From the NCBI GenBank assembly GCA_951406725.2, contig OX597837.1, positions 19,902,001 to 19,966,000 on the forward strand: DNA of 64,000 bases, in the 5' to 3' direction. The position numbers were made by a program, and so were the translations under genes. The notes beneath the pieces were generated by a model. That model did not search any database, had not been told where the DNA came from, and saw only the letters and a program-made list of their open reading frames with translations. The number at the start of each line of letters is the position of its first letter. Position 1 is the first letter of the stretch. This DNA is from Octopus vulgaris (lineage: Eukaryota). This document shows positions 62,595-64,000 of this stretch, piece after piece.

Positions 62595-63300
62595 AGGAAA
62601 TAGGGATTAAATAAATCCAGGCGGCTATGTATATATATATATACACATATATATAGACACACACGCAGATACATACATACATACATACATTTATATATAC
62701 ACACACATATAATTATGATACATATATAATTATATACACATATAATTACATGATATATATCATATAATTATGCACGAATTCACCTTCACTTACTTCGATG
62801 CCCGTATAACTAGGAGCTATGTATTAATAACTGTATCACACAAATATGCATACATACAGTAATTGATATATGCACGCATATGTGTGTGGGCGTGTGCGTG
62901 TGTGAGTATATATATATATATCTGTGTATATATATATATGTGTATATATATATATATCTGTGTATATATATATGTGTATATATATATGTATATGTATATA
63001 TATATGTACTTTTATATGTGTGTGCATAGGTAGATCTACACACCCACACACACACATAAATACACACACATACACACACTCTCACACACGCACACACACA
63101 TATATCTATTTATATATGTATGTATACTGATATATCAAGCTCGCGTGAACATTGGTGTGCGTGCGCCTGTGTGTGCGTGTGTGCATATACGCACACACGC
63201 ATATACACACATACATGCTCAAACACACACACACACACACATAGTCATACATAAACATACACACTCACTCACGCACACACACACATACACGTGCACTTAC

Positions 63301-63522
63301 ATGCACACAGTGACATTTCCATAGTGTGCAGTTATGTAACATTTCCTCGCCATTGCGTTTGTTCGAAAGCAACAGCATTGTGCATGGCTGTACGAGGCTG
63401 TATTGTGCATGTCTGGAGAGGATGGGTGGGTCTCTCCCTCCAATGCCTCTCCCGCCCACCTCACTGGGAAAGGTGCGGCCTGCTAAATGTTCTTCAAATA
63501 TTGCGGTTATCGTCAAAGGAAT
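63301..63522 (-). other. Candidate 222-nt exon of an unidentified transcript
   Basis: Minus-strand acceptor TTCATTTGTTGCAG| and donor CAT|GTAAGT; length divisible by 3; phase-0 frame open for all 74 codons. Confidence 0.5.
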
Positions 63523-63824
63523 CTGCAACAAATGAATAAGATGCAGTTACAGCAGGATATATCGAGTTCTATGATGGCTGCATTTAATCTCAGAGTATAA
63601 TAATACATTGTGATTAAGTGGTTAATGGCCATCACAGATTGGGGGGGGGGGGCGTCGGCTGAACATTCAACGGTTTTGTTTACGAGTTGGGGAAATACCT
63701 TGGGCGGTGCTTCCCTGAATGATGGGTACCGTCCCTCTGGCGGGGAGATGCGACAGAAAAGAAATTTACATTGGTAATGCGAATAACGAAGGCGGTGGAA
63801 AGAGGAAAATCTTTATCGTTTAGG

Positions 63825-63995
63825 TGTTTCAGTCATTAGTCGGCGGCCATGCTGGGGCACCATCTTGAAGGGTTTAGTTGAACAAATCGACCTCTTGTCT
63901 TATATTCTTTTATCATTTTACTTGTTTCGGTCATTAGACTGCGGTCATACTGGAGCATAGCCTTGAAGAATTTTTGGTTGAATGAATCGACCCCA
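63825..63995 (-). mobile_element. Two tandem SINE family A tails
   Basis: TGTTTC(A/G)GTCATTAG..GCGG(C/T)CAT.CTGG.GCA occurs twice. Confidence 0.7.
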
Positions 63996-64000
63996 ATAGT

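Overview
AT-rich eukaryotic (metazoan) DNA, extremely rich in microsatellites. The repeat content (tRNA-headed SINEs with internal microsatellites, RTE and R4/Dong-like LINE remnants, Penelope-like remnants, Tc1/mariner fossils, Helitron-type elements) suggests an intronic/intergenic region of a coleoid cephalopod such as Octopus; this is inferred from repeat style, not from a database match. I see no intact protein-coding gene, and almost all ORFs in the supplied track are microsatellite translations. Main points: (1) a TIR-to-TIR mariner (58438-60449) whose transposase N-terminus is interrupted by a ~0.79 kb intron-less tetraspanin (CD63-like) coding sequence, a candidate 'Pack-mariner' host-gene capture; (2) about nine minimal type-I hammerhead ribozyme motifs of Penelope-like style, one forming the 3' end of a tRNA-headed (Pol III) unit whose head is duplicated as a palindrome (42918-43427); (3) several fold-back elements; (4) candidate spliced exons of an unidentified minus-strand transcript near 61.3-63.5 kb. 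Coordinates were read by eye and may be off by a few bases.
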